DNA of 43,388 nucleotides, from assembly GCA_030141605.1 (NCBI GenBank), contig JAQGDQ010001385.1:1-43388 (forward strand), read 5' to 3'. The notes under the pieces were generated by a model. That model had not been told where the DNA came from and ran no database searches. It saw only the letters and a list, made by a program, of their open reading frames with translations. A program made the translations under genes and the position numbers. The first letter of the stretch is position 1. Every line of letters begins with the position of its first letter. The stretch is from Tubiluchus corallicola. Its lineage: Eukaryota > Animalia > Priapulida. This document shows, one piece after another, positions 27,101-38,179 of the stretch.

Positions 27101-30100
27101 CTGCTTATTTTAAACAGAGAGGAACATCTGTTTTTGTGACAATACGGTATGCCTTTGCTATGTTTAGCAGTATAATTAATTAGTAAGAGAAGTACGTTAA
27201 ATGTTCTGTATTTATATAAGACAGAAGAAAAATTCTTGAAGTGGCTTTTCTGTTTTGTTGACATGACAGTTGTCATCCTCTTGAATTTCTTTTTGCCTTT
27301 TTTGTTATGGTTATAATTTTTCTTATAATCTTAGCACCTTACCTTAAGCTTGTTAGCTGCTTTAATACATTTTCTGTAACGTGTTTGCTAATTGCACCTT
27401 GCATTTCCTTTCTTTGGTCGGACTACTTCCTCTTCTATTTACTGAGGCATCACCTTATAATGCTTCATCTTTCTTGTCAATAGATGTTACCACACATTGC
27501 ATAATACACTAAGACTAACACCGTCTTCATGTTGGTGTCTCCATCTATGAGAATTTATATTGAACTAATAAGTGGATAAGTTAGTGTGTATTTTAATGGT
27601 ACCAGTCTCTGTTTGCAGTATGTCATAAACTTAGAGGACAACTTCCTTGTTATACTCATGCACAGTGACTGTTATATGAACAAAATTCAAACCATGATAA
27701 GAAAAAGAGGACGTCACATCTATGAGGTCTAGGAAGCCACTGAGCTGTTTATAAATTTGATATTATTTTTGCTTATGCTTACTTTTGAAAAAAAACAATT
27801 TCTTCCGCATTTTGAAAGAATAATGCTCTAGTTTGTTTTAAGAAATTCTATTCATCAAGATGTTTTACTTTTTAAATACTCATGAACTAAATAAATTGGT
27901 TATGTACTTGACAAACAGCAACTCTACGACAATTGCACTTATGATTCTTTGGCATTGTAGTTTCTTACAATTTGGTGCCATTTGCTGAGCAAAATTTTAA
28001 ACTATTTGGTACTTTTTGTAAATGTGTGCCTGTATTTTATCAGGTTTCAAAGTTTCGTGGGTCAGGCAGGTTGAAGGGGGAACTCAATGCTGCAGATTGG
28101 TTTAACAAGCCTGTTAATCTAGAAGAGGCTCCCGATTATCTGAACATTGTGAAGAATCCCATGGATTTTAGGTAATGTATTGTCATGTTTTTCTCTGTAA
28201 AGTAACAGATTATAAATTACTGGCAATTGATGATCCATACTGCCAGTATCCTTACTGCAATGAGTATCCATTTGTATAATTCTTAGTTTATTTCAAAGTG
28301 GCCATTCATTTTTATGGTATCAATCTCCTTATTGCCTGACTTCATGCTGTTTTTTGCCGGCCACTTTTCCTATAGATTTTTCTTTTTCTGTCCATTTCTC
28401 TTTTCTGCCTTAATTGACTTTACCCACAGCTTTTGCTTTTTTTATCAACCTTCTTGGCTTATGTTTCAACATTGTTTCTGGTTTGTATGCTTGTTTTTGC
28501 CATCTTATATCAACTGTCTTTGGTAGGCTGGGCAGACTGCGACTGCGCAGTCTTAAGTTCGAGTCTAGCTGCTGCTAACACTAGGACATATACCCTACAT
28601 GTTATTTGTTATTTATGCCTTGTGTCTCTATCTGTATAATTGTAAGTGTAAGTTGCTAAATAGTCATTAGTGCTAATGTTGTCTGTTAAACAAGCAAATG
28701 TGAACAAATGTTGTCTTTGCCTTTGTCTTTTGTCTTGTGATGTATTCCTTATTTTTTCAGACGTATAAAATAGCCAGCACTATGAATTTAGAACTATAAT
28801 ATGTTTGAAATCAAATTATAGATTAGTGGTTTTTTTGATTTTTTGTCACTAGCAACTTTGACTCTTTTATTGTTTGAAATTCCTACTCTGAGGCTGTAGC
28901 CAGACATCTGTAAATGTGATCGTTAAGTGTTGTGAAAAAACGCATAGCAATGATTATTTTACATAGTTATCTGTTTAGTTTTCATTCTATAAATTCTAAA
29001 AAGCGTTTTTCTAATCGCTATGGCATACATTCATGATTTGTGATATGTTTCACACATGTAACCGATTAACATTGTACAGGTGGTTTGTTGCATATTAATA
29101 AAATTCAAGCTTTCAAACATTTATTTTATTAATTTTGTCTTATAATTTTTGTAAATTTTAACTTTTTGTGATAAATATGTTTTTATGAACCTTGTGTTTG
29201 AAATAAAATAACTTGCTTACATGGCTATTTCATAGCCAAGTAGTTAGGTGCTCGTGGTTCACGTGAATGGTTCGTGTCTGCCTAAGTTCGATACTCGCTG
29301 TAGGTGGTTTCAGTCGCCATACCGCTCATGACTGTTTACCTTGTAGAGGAAAGTCGTATATTCATATGAACATGACTGAGACACTCCTGCTGGTTCAGTA
29401 GCTTATCTTATCTAGTCATGCCACAAATTGCATGACCATGTTGAATTGCATGATCATGCCGCATTGTTGAATGCTGGATTCCAGTTGGCAGTGTATCAAA
29501 GTAGAGAAAGTATATATTAACTTGGTAATTGTTTAATTTTCCAGTACCATTAAAAACAAGATAGATGGTGGCTTGTATACAAGCTTTGATGCATTTCATG
29601 ATGACATGATGCTAGTAAAGACCAATTGTTTTGAATACAACCCACCAGAGCATGCAGCTAGGAAGGACTGCAAAGAAGTATTTAATTTCTATAATGAGGT
29701 AAATAAATTTTTGTAGCTTCTTTCTTATTGGTTTCTGGAGGGTATTATTATTAACCCCACTCTCGAATTTGTGCTATGAAAATTTATCTAACCCAAAGAA
29801 GCCTGTGTGGAACCAGGTGCAACTCAATGGTAGCTTGCTTGCCTCGTACTCAGGTGGTCATGGGTTCAACTCCTGAACCGAGTCATACTAAACACTTAGA
29901 AAATGGTGCCGTTGGTTATTCAACCAAGCACACAGGTTTATCAAAGTAACTTGTAGGCAATAATAATCTGGACCACCTTGGAAATAAATATTGAATTATT
30001 TAAGGTGTCATCCTGTCTGTGAAATGAGTTGACTGAAGGCTGGATAAATTAGGCAGAGCACATGTGAACATGACATAAAAATTTTGCTGCGTGATTTAGT

Positions 30101-30688
30101 GTTCATGGAATATTGTCTCGTTTATTAATTCGGAGGTTACCCTAATTTTAGAGGCATTGTCGGAGATATGATACGCTTGTAACACATTTTGCTTTGTATT
30201 GAACATATTTTTGACAATATTTCAAATAATAATGTGTGGTATTGTAAGTAGTAATGACTTTCATTGAGAATTATGATGTGTCGCATCTTTGGCGTGAGTG
30301 AGTGTGAATACCATACAAGGTATAGAAACCGTCTTTGGTTGCCAATGTGTATTTACCGATCTTTGGTGAGCTTGTGGCTGTACTCATAATGTCGTTCATC
30401 TTGCGCAGCGAAAACTGGCGGTTCTTCAATTTTAATACCTCTAACAATGAAGTATAAAAATTCAGAAGAATCAAATTTTACAGTGCAGTAAGTTTATAAT
30501 GAAATAAATTGAATATTCGTTATGAGAGTAGGATTTTAAGTTGCAAAAGTTTATATTATAGTGATTGTTTAGTTTGACTTTAATGCATAATGCTAATTTT
30601 TGTATTTTAGGAGTATAACAAACTCATGGAAAAATGGCAGAAGAGTCATCTGGTGTCACAACACAAAGCATCACGACTAGACAAATAA
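13816..30688 (+). CDS. EMSY: EMSY-like protein with N-terminal ENT domain and C-terminal bromodomain; join(13816-15169,15710-15862,21899-23247,24818-24956,26939-27054,28044-28171,29545-29698,30611-30688), about 1156 aa
   Basis: N-terminus MWPTLLDMSREDCKRVLRRLELDAYASVISALRAQG...ISSERHRAEVRRAVNDE matches the EMSY ENT domain. All seven introns are GT-AG with compatible phases (1,1,0,1,0,2,0), and the joined frame is open to TAA at 30686-30688. Extra small exons cannot be excluded. Confidence 0.85.
15710..15862 (+). CDS. EMSY: EMSY-like coding exon 2
   Basis: TATATAG|TTGTGGCT...TCTG|GTACGT, 153 nt, phase 1-1. Reads VAQSGTRVINVVSSQVPKIST. Confidence 0.8.
15925..16400 (-). mobile_element. L2-clade LINE 3' remnant in an EMSY intron
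   Basis: Translation YKLVIVLIMYKIFSLAPAYLTDLL...LRT...FYG resembles the L2 ORF2 C-terminus. Ends in an L2-type tail ACGCTATATAAATAAA. Confidence 0.65.
18505..18875. mobile_element. hAT-type MITE
   Basis: TIRs CAGGACTGGATTAT and ATAATCCAGTCCT, subterminal GGGCCC(T)TAGGCTA motifs. Interior shared with 33380-33690 and 37383-37743. Confidence 0.7.
19243..20675 (-). CDS. ELOVL6: Elongation of very long chain fatty acids protein, ELOVL6/ELOVL3-like (GNS1/SUR4 family); join(20675-19940,19448-19243), 313 aa
   Basis: Motifs [66 protein letters not shown] and C-terminal KKTN (KKxx ER retrieval). Phase-1 intron G|GTGAGT...TTGGCAG|GT. AATAAA on minus strand at 19199-19194. Confidence 0.93.
20740..20776 (-). 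promoter_or_regulatory. Putative core promoter of the ELOVL gene (TATA-like plus Inr-like)
   Basis: Minus strand TTTAAAG starting at 20774 lies 31 nt upstream of the A of TCATT (20743), about 70 nt before the ATG. Confidence 0.25.
21899..23247 (+). CDS. EMSY: EMSY-like coding exon 3 (low complexity, Q/S/T/P-rich)
   Basis: CCTTTTCCAG|GA acceptor, AAG|GTATGT donor. Contains KPSVIVVQK, which resembles the KPNVIVVQK motif I recall from vertebrate EMSY. Confidence 0.88.
23588..24620 (-). mobile_element. 5'-truncated non-LTR retrotransposon (ORF2 C-terminal zinc-binding region plus 3' UTR)
   Basis: Minus strand PLTIETGRYDS, frameshift, then PVNERLCKLCNCGAIEDEKHFLLHCNAFDNER...KQLYR*. Ends in AATAAATTTTGT(CTAT)n at about 23612-23588. 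Confidence 0.75.
24818..24956 (+). CDS. EMSY: EMSY-like coding exon 4
   Basis: TTTTGTTTTTTAG|TCG...GATG|GTAATT. Reads SSVSVTVVPMAAELDTHRMQMEDY..., phase 0-1. Confidence 0.75.
25800..26150 (+). mobile_element. Penelope-like element remnant (GIY-YIG endonuclease fragment)
   Basis: KSYYGERSRTLSDRSKEHQK...IVQHF matches the 'Y.G.T.R.L..R..EH' pattern of Penelope GIY-YIG domains. Degraded. Confidence 0.55.
26939..27054 (+). CDS. EMSY: EMSY-like coding exon 5 (RKRKR NLS-like motif, start of bromodomain helix Z)
   Basis: GCTACCAG|GT...AAG|GTAAAT. Reads GEGDAVARKRKRSSPVDEPVRGGAMWSGWMRSASALLDK. Confidence 0.8.
28044..28171 (+). CDS. EMSY: EMSY-like coding exon 6 (bromodomain ZA loop)
   Basis: TTTTATCAG|GTT...TTTAG|GTAATG. 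Reads WFNKPVNLEEAPDYLNIVKNPMDF, a canonical bromodomain signature. Confidence 0.88.
29226..29415 (+). mobile_element. Decayed tRNA-derived SINE
   Basis: A-box-like TAGCCAAGTAGT (29233), B-box-like AGTTCGATAC (about 29285), short CTTAT tail. Confidence 0.4.
29545..29698 (+). CDS. EMSY: EMSY-like coding exon 7 (bromodomain helices A-C)
   Basis: TTTTCCAG|TACC...GAG|GTAAAT. Reads STIKNKIDGGLYTSFDAFHDDMMLVKTNCFEYNPPEHAARKDCKEVFNFYNE with the conserved YN. Confidence 0.9.
29812..30030 (+). mobile_element. tRNA-derived SINE, possibly Meta-domain type
   Basis: A box AACTCAATGGTAG and B box GGTTCAACTCC, then GAGTCATACTAAACACTTAGAAAATGGT...AAGCACACAG, which resembles the MetaSINE central domain as I recall it. 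Confidence 0.6.
30611..30688 (+). CDS. EMSY: EMSY-like terminal coding exon
   Basis: TTTTTGTATTTTAG|GAG. Reads EYNKLMEKWQKSHLVSQHKASRLDK*, completing helix C. Confidence 0.82.
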   Translation, partial: EYNKLMEKWQKSHLVSQHKASRLDK

Positions 30689-33379
30689 TCTCTGGCTAAG
30701 TCAGGCTCTCCTCTTGCATTTTCACAGACTTCTATGTTTATAACCGTTTTATAATAACAAAAATCGCCTTCAGTTTTTAGCTATAAGTATAGACATAATT
30801 GATGTTTTGGGAATTATAATACAGTGTAAAATTCATGAATTTGTACATTGTTGCCAGGCATTGTTAGTGTTACTATCATTGTTGTCGTTATTATTTTTCA
30901 CCTTATTGTCACTGTCATTGCTTGTTATCTTTTACTATATTATTGTCCTTAAATTCAGTGCTTTTTATTATCATTGCAAAACGCCATGTTGTCAACTGTA
31001 AAACATTTTAAAGCAGTAATATATTTCTTTTATATGAAATGCTGTTAATTGTGAATTAGTTGAATAGGTAATAACTGTTGTTTTTCTTTTTTCTTTGGTT
31101 GTATCTTCCTGAATTTAAAGGAAAACCGGACCCAATCTTAACTGTACATCAAATAAATCTACTCTTTAAAATAGTGAAAGGAAGCATACAATAGTGAAAG
31201 AATTGTTACCACACAAATACAATTTTGTGTTTCTACAGCTAGATAGATGGGCATTAGCGCTTGCTTTTCGGAAACGCATTGCACACAAAGCAGGTGCTGT
31301 AGCTCTCTGTCCAGAGGTGTTTAGTTGTGACTTAGTGCACACGTTCAGGAACTCATGTGTGAGCACAGCAGTAAATTTGAAATTTTAATTTTAACTTAAA
31401 ATATACAGAGTTTTAATATCTCACGCTGAATCCCATATAGTAGCACCGTGCTTCACTTTTCGCTTTTGTAAACACGTGCACCATGCTCTTAGAATGTTTG
31501 TAGCAGTTGAAAAATTATGTTCAGTTGTGATGTCATCACTAATTGGGCTCACCTGTCGTTAATTAATTTTTAATCTATTATTTAATTATTAGAAATGCTT
31601 TTGCAGTATTGTTGCTGTTTGCTACACTTTTACCACACTTCAGAATGGGGTAGGATGTGAAAAATCGTCCTGTTTTCCTTTAATTTTTTTGGTTTTCTGT
31701 TTTTAAATTGGATGAACAGCAACATTTGATAAAATTGTATTTGCTGCTAGCTTGGTGACTAACAAAAACCTTGATATTGCATTTCGATTAATTATGAGTG
31801 TTTAATGCATAATTAGTAGAACAGGAATCCGTTATAACCATGTAACTGCTCATTCGTTAACATACTGTTGTGCATAATTCTTCAATCTATTTTTATCGTA
31901 TCTGGATTAATTTTGTACAAAGCTAATGTGCTGTGTTTCCATCTAGCTCTGAAATAACTACCTCGCTTAGGAAGATAACACACGATTAAATTTAGAATTT
32001 AGTTGACTAACTTTATCAAGCATGTGTTGTCTGAGATTGTGCGTGTGTGCATTTGGTATGACCGAAACTAAAATTGCAATAAGGAGATGAAAAAGTGAGA
32101 TTTTGCCAATGATTTATCTAGTGTGTGACTGCTGTAATCTAAATTTGTAAAACAATAAATTTATCTTTTTCTTCATTGTCACTGCTATATTGTACTACAT
32201 TGATTAGTTGTTTTTTTCACATTAGTTTTGTGGCGAAACATTGGGCATTTCAAATTTGGCAGATCTAGCTGTAGTGAAATTAGTGGATACCAATTTTTTA
32301 TCCATTAAAACGAGGAGGTTTTACAGTTGATCTCACTTTGCAGTTATTAGGATATTTTGTACAATCTTATGTGTATAAAATGTGAGAAAACATAGAATAT
32401 CTGTGTTGTTTTCTGAGTGTAACAGCTACCCGGTCCTATATTAAATAAAGTTCTCAATTTCTGAACTGAAATTCTTTTGCTTTAGTTTTTAATTAGAATT
32501 TTTTATCGTATCTAAAATTTTTTAACATATTTTTGTGCTTTTATTCTAGAAATAACAATAATTAATATGGTTTATTCAATAAAGGTGTCGAAGTTGTTTA
32601 TTTGAAAACCTACCTTGTCCTATTATAACTTGGGACAAATGTGGCCTAGACGAGGAAACCCATGAATTAATTTTGCTTCAAGAGGTCAAAGGGTCTAAAA
32701 TGTGAATAGAGAAGGCGCTACTGCTTGCTAATATAATAGTATGTAAAATAGAGTAGGTTGTTCTATTTTAATTTTCTGTGTAACAGAATATTTACTAAGT
32801 AAATGTTTTTAAAAAAAATAACATAATTTTTGCAATAAACTTGTGATATTTCTTACGCCACTTTTACTCAAAGAAAATTTTAATGTTTTTATGATTTGTT
32901 GTTTAGGAGCGCTATAGTATTTTCCAAGGTTGTTATTCTTTCATGTTTTCAACTTTTTCTTTTGTGTTTTTTTGTTACCCGATTGTTAAGTAACCTGCAA
33001 AAGAGGTCTGTTTCGTCGTAACGTTGTAGCTGTTGTCGTTCATGTAATACGTTTTTGGTAGCACTTCTTCTTTCTAGCAGAGCCTTCCTCGTTTTAGTTT
33101 AAGTGCTCAGTTATTGAACCGTTTTCAACTTTATTCCCAAACAGTTTTCTGGTTTACCTGAATTCATTCACGGTTTCTTTAACTGTTTCTAATCGGATGT
33201 ATTCGATGTTTTTCATGCTTAAATCTAGTGTTTACACGTTTTCCCTTTTTTGTATTCTGTTTTTCCTCTCCTATTACGTTTTCTATTTCCTTTCTCATTT
33301 TTGGAGTATTTTCCAACGTCTTTCAGCTCTTGAAAAATTTGGGGAGAGAAGAGGCAGGACCTTTGGGTCTCTTGAGGGG

Positions 33380-33690
33380 AAAGGCCGAATTATGACTTTA
33401 TGGGACCCGTAGGGTAATGAAATTATACCCCCCTCAAACGGAGCACCCACAAATTTACCTGCACCCACTTGAATATTTTTTACTCATCATATATTTCAAC
33501 GATATTTACATCGTTTGAAGTAAACTTATTGCAAATTCTTTAAATAAAGTGGAATAGCTTTGTTTTTCAATAAAAATATTCTTCAAGAAATACCACTGTT
33601 TTACTATTTATTGCAAACCAAAGTAGCACATAGTTCAACACAACCGTAGCGAAAAAAACTACTAGGTATAGAGGTTAATCCAATTCGGGG
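33380..33690. mobile_element. hAT-type MITE, decayed copy of the 18505 family
   Basis: Shares ATTTACA...TTGAAGTAAACTTATTGCAAATTCTTTAAATAAA...CTATTTATTGCAAACCA with 18640-18760. Eroded TIRs. Confidence 0.65.
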
Positions 33691-34854
33691 GGGGGTAGAC
33701 TTTTATCAGTTTTTGTTTTTCCATATAAGTGAATCTCTACATTTGTGAATTGTAAATATCGGTTATGTTTAGAAGAAAAGCAAAAGCATTAATTTAAAAA
33801 CGACAAAATGTTCCGAAAGCGTTTATTTTACCCTTCTCCCTTCTTTCTCTATGATGTCTAGTAAACATGGTGTCCAAGATAGCTGTTTGTTTTTCCTTTT
33901 TTACATTGACAATGACTTTTCCAACATAATGTCCTCGTTTTCTCGACCTGCTCTTAGTCAGTTTTCGTTGTTTCCTATATGACGTCGTGGAAAAGAATGG
34001 TAACGCTAGTGCAATCTTTTCTTCTCTAGTCCATGGAAATAGCTTCGTTGCTGAGAGGAGTTTTTTTGTATCTCGGTAGCTACAATGTACTGGCTAAAAT
34101 TACACCCTACAAATTAGCTCAATCAGAAGCGTGTAACAATAACGATTCGCGTCTCACAACACTGTTAATACACGAACAAGACAAAGGTGTGTTTATCACG
34201 TGATTCTAACAGGTGTATGACGAGCTCGAGAAATCATTTGATATGATGATATCGTTATCGCGGTCAGGTAGGCGAATGACGTCATTGCTCGGGGAATTTA
34301 ATGTTTTTTAAGATTCGTTTACTAGTCATAGAAATTGCGAGGAAAAACTTTGCGTGAGAAATATTAGGCCAAACAAGATAAAATTTTACTAAGCTACCCC
34401 ACTGAAAATGATAGGCATACTGAAATATGCTTATGCATGAAATTCTGCACCCATTTCAATTGTTAAAGTATTTCGTTTTAAGTACATTAAAATTACTTAT
34501 TTAACCAGTATAATTCAATTTTCTCCCAGTTAACATTAGTGAATTAAACAACGATACGAAAACCCACACGTTATTACATGGTAACTCACTCTTGACCAAA
34601 ATAAAACTATTTTTGATTTAACGCAGGCATATATATGAGCTTCAAGCCGATTCGGTAAACGTTAATTTAACGTTTTGCATTGCATTTAATGCACCATCAC
34701 TATTAAAATATAGGTATCAATATCTAATTATAAATGTCTCAACTTTGTATTAGAGTACTTGCCAATTCCTAAGGTATGTTAATCAGTTTTGTTTTGTACG
34801 TCAAAGGTGATGGAAGATAAATATGTTTATTAAAACATTAAAATTTACTAAGAC

Positions 34855-35267
34855 CATGGGCGTATCACTTTATGACGCCGCTGGCTGATAGTTTTGTCCC
34901 ACCCATCTCTGTTGTGAATTTATGGTTATTTATGTAATAAGAAGATAAAAAATTACTTGTGGTGTGTTAGAAACACAATTAACCCAGTTTCTATGTGGTC
35001 ATCATTAATTAGACGTATTTGCATAGCGTTTATATTCGAACATCCTGCTTGATGTGTAATACCTTGCGACTTATATATTATGTGAGACTTATATAAGCGC
35101 TTCCCTCGGTAACAGCCTGTGGTGTGTTATAAAATGCGCCCTTTACATGAATATGAAAGTATACACATTTTCCGAGGAGAATAAGAATTTTTTCTGAAAT
35201 GTGACACGTCTCAAACTTTGGCGCCCTAAGTTATAGCCTAGTTAGCTTATTGGTTAATACGCCCCTG
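34855..35267. mobile_element. hAT-type MITE with 8-bp TSD
   Basis: TIRs CATGGGCGTAT and ATACGCCCCTG. Flanks ACTAAGAC and AGTAAGAT match at 6/8. Confidence 0.6.
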
Positions 35268-35310
35268 AGTAAGATTGCAAGTGCTTTTGTGGCCAGCCGA
35301 AGCAAAGTCA

Positions 35311-35435
35311 TCAGATAAGATAAAAAAGATATTTATTCAGGATAACTTGATTAAGCAGGCTTGTTTACAACAAGGTCCTCATTGTTGGTTTCAGAAATTT
35401 AAAATTAAGAGAAATAAATACGTGTAAGGACACGT
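35311..35435 (-). mobile_element. 3' tail of a dispersed retroposon family
   Basis: TTTATTCAGGATAACTTGATTAAGC...GGTCCTCATTGTTGGTTTCAGAAATTTAAAATTAAGAGAAATAAATAC is similar to 39708-39810 and, inverted, to 41050-41150. Confidence 0.6.
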
Positions 35436-36848
35436 GGACTAATTGCCGACGTTTTAAGAAAAACAATTAAATTTTCCCTTAAGATAACTCGGTAAATGTG
35501 CTAAGAAGACGATACTTAAAACGTGTTTAGCCTCAGCCTCCTACGTATCCCAGCAAGAACAGGCGTTATGACCTAATACGATGCTGAGTAACATTAGGCG
35601 GTACAGTTGTAAAATTTGAAAATTAAAATTCAGTTTTTACGATCCTCAATACTCGGCTAAACATTCGTTGTCGTTAATTAGATAATTCTGCGGAAAATTA
35701 TTTATGAGTAGCTGCCTGTATTCTTAATGACCAAAGTTGAACAATGTTGAGAGAGCTCTGCAAATGGCTGGATGACCGCTGCTGATTTGCGGTTTCGTCT
35801 GCCGTATTACCCTAACCATTTCCGTTGTTGAAGGAGAATTTTTACTCACTAATCATGACTAAGATATAATTATGCTGTGTCATCGAAACATATTAAAAAG
35901 ACAGTTTTCTTGTAAAAGGGTAGATCGAGACGCAAAGTTGCAAATCATTCCCTGTTGAGTATTCAAAAGTTTGGAAAGGGGATAGTTCTGAACTTTCCCG
36001 TATCTGCTCTCACCTGTAATTAAGCCCACTCTCGCCTGTGATCAAGCATTGCTGGCTTCCCAACTTGCACCTGTCCAAAACTGCAGCTTCTTTAATAATC
36101 CCATTGTCATTTCTATGCATTGCGCATAATTACTATCCAATGAGACCGATATCTGCCTATCACAATGCACATAAAACCAGTTAACGTATGTAACCGATAT
36201 AGGGCTGATCCAGGCGCCCATACAACCCCCTTCTTTTGAGATGAACTATTCGGTTATTGGACATCCAACCGGAACCCAGACGACATTAATTTTTGTTTGT
36301 CGTTATCTTTAACCCAAACTCCCTAAAATGCACTAATGTTCATCAAGTTTGGTTCTAACGTCACAGATTGGACCTTTCGTAGTTGAGTTCCCGTTCGGAG
36401 TTCCGTTTCCGGTATCACGAGCTGCTGTAAATTCAGACATTTCGCTTTTTAACGCTCTACAAGATGTTGTAACACTATACGCTTGTGCATGAATACATTA
36501 TAAGTGTGAAAGACGAATTGTAACTGATAGAAGCTAAATGTGCTATTACCTGAACATGATGATGAGCTGGACAACAATGGACAAAATGCAGGTGTTCCTA
36601 GGCGTCGCAAGGGTTTCATTATGCAGGTAATATAAGCGCTGATCTATTAGACGCGAGCGCGACTTGCTAGGGCTTCGTGTGTAGGAAGTGTATGATTATG
36701 AACAGTTTCATATGTTACATATTTTTCATTACTCCCACGCCAATAATTTTATAATTCTGAAATCTGATGATTTTAGTGTGAAAGTTAGTATTCAAAAGAA
36801 TTTAACTGACACAAGTTTATTTTTTGATTATTTTTCTTTGTTTGTGAA

Positions 36849-37113
36849 TAGTGCCGGATTTAGACTCAGTGAGGCCCTAAGTTATAAAGCCCTTAGGCCC
36901 TCTTTCTTATATATATATATAACATGTGTGTGCGTGTGTGTGTTTTATTATTTAATACCAAGGTCCACAATACAAATTATTTTAGAAGTAAAATATTAGT
37001 TAATTGTATTTAGTTATAAAATGAGTATAAAACCCGGAATCTTCTTGGGGCCAAATGCAGATTGTGAGGTCCTAAGCTGAAGCTTATTTAGCTTATACCT
37101 AAATCCGGCACTG
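36849..37113. mobile_element. hAT-type MITE with 14-bp perfect TIR and 8-bp TSD
   Basis: AGTGCCGGATTTAG and CTAAATCCGGCACT. Flanks TTTGTGAA and TTCGTAAA match at 6/8. Confidence 0.8.
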
Positions 37114-37382
37114 TTCGTAAATCTTTGTTATATTAAACAGGAGCATTTCGTCTGACATTTTAATCAATACAACAACAAACAACACATAAGTTTTAAGTTT
37201 TTAAAACAAGAAAAACGAAATTTTGTTTACTAACTGCAAACTTCTCCAGGTTGTTGATGGTATAAAAATTTTGAATGTTTTACAGTAACCTGTAAAAGTT
37301 TGTTGCCAGTGAACGAAGTGATGTTTTTTTTGTAACGATAGCTTAATCATTGTGTGGTTTGCTTTACTACTGTATATCCATG

Positions 37383-37743
37383 CATGATCCGAATGGCCTT
37401 TTGGGGACATAGGCTAATGAAATTATGGGCCCCCATCAAATGGATCCACCCTCCAACTCACCCGCACCCATCTTTAATAGTTTTTACTTGTGATATACGG
37501 TATTTTTGCGACATTTACAAAGCTTGAAGTAAACGTATTGCAAATTATTTAAATAAACTAGTATAGCTATCTTTTGTTTGTCAATAAAAACATTTTTAAG
37601 AAATATAAATTTTTTACTATTTATTGCAATAGTTAGCACAGCCGTAGTGAAAAAAAGCAGGTAAAAACAGAATTTACCAAATCTTGAGGACACACCAAGC
37701 TTGAAGGGCCCTTGGCTAAAGCCTCTAGGATAATCTGGCCCCG
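37383..37743. mobile_element. hAT-type MITE, copy of the 18505 family
   Basis: Interior similar to 18560-18830. Right end GGGCCCTTGGCTAAAGCC...GGATAATCTGGCCCCG. Confidence 0.65.
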
Positions 37744-38135
37744 TAAATATGTCGGGTCGTTTACGATATACCATGCGGTGTATTCAAGAACTGAGGAACA
37801 TTTCATATAACAGCACCACCAGTGACAGGACTTAACTCTGTTAAAATGCATTACATTTCCTTCCTTTCTTTTAAATTTTTGTTTGAAATTAAACTATTAA
37901 ACTGAAGTTTGTCTGTTCATGTTTGCTTTGTTTGCTTTTTGCTTAACTGCTTTTCAACTTCATGTCTCGTTCTGCCATTTTCCAAGAAAACAGTCTTTTT
38001 AATACATGTCGGCACTGTGGAATAGGGAATCAAGCACTCGCCGACAGAGCATAATTAATTGAGATGATTAAGAACATAACACTTCACCAAGAAGCGGCAT
38101 CTTAGCCAGCTAGGTTGTAGAGCATAGAAAGTAAC

Positions 38136-38179
38136 CATTCATTCATTCATTCATTCATTCATTCATTCATTCATTCATT
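38136..38179. repeat. (CATT)n microsatellite
   Basis: Directly visible tetranucleotide run. Confidence 0.95.
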
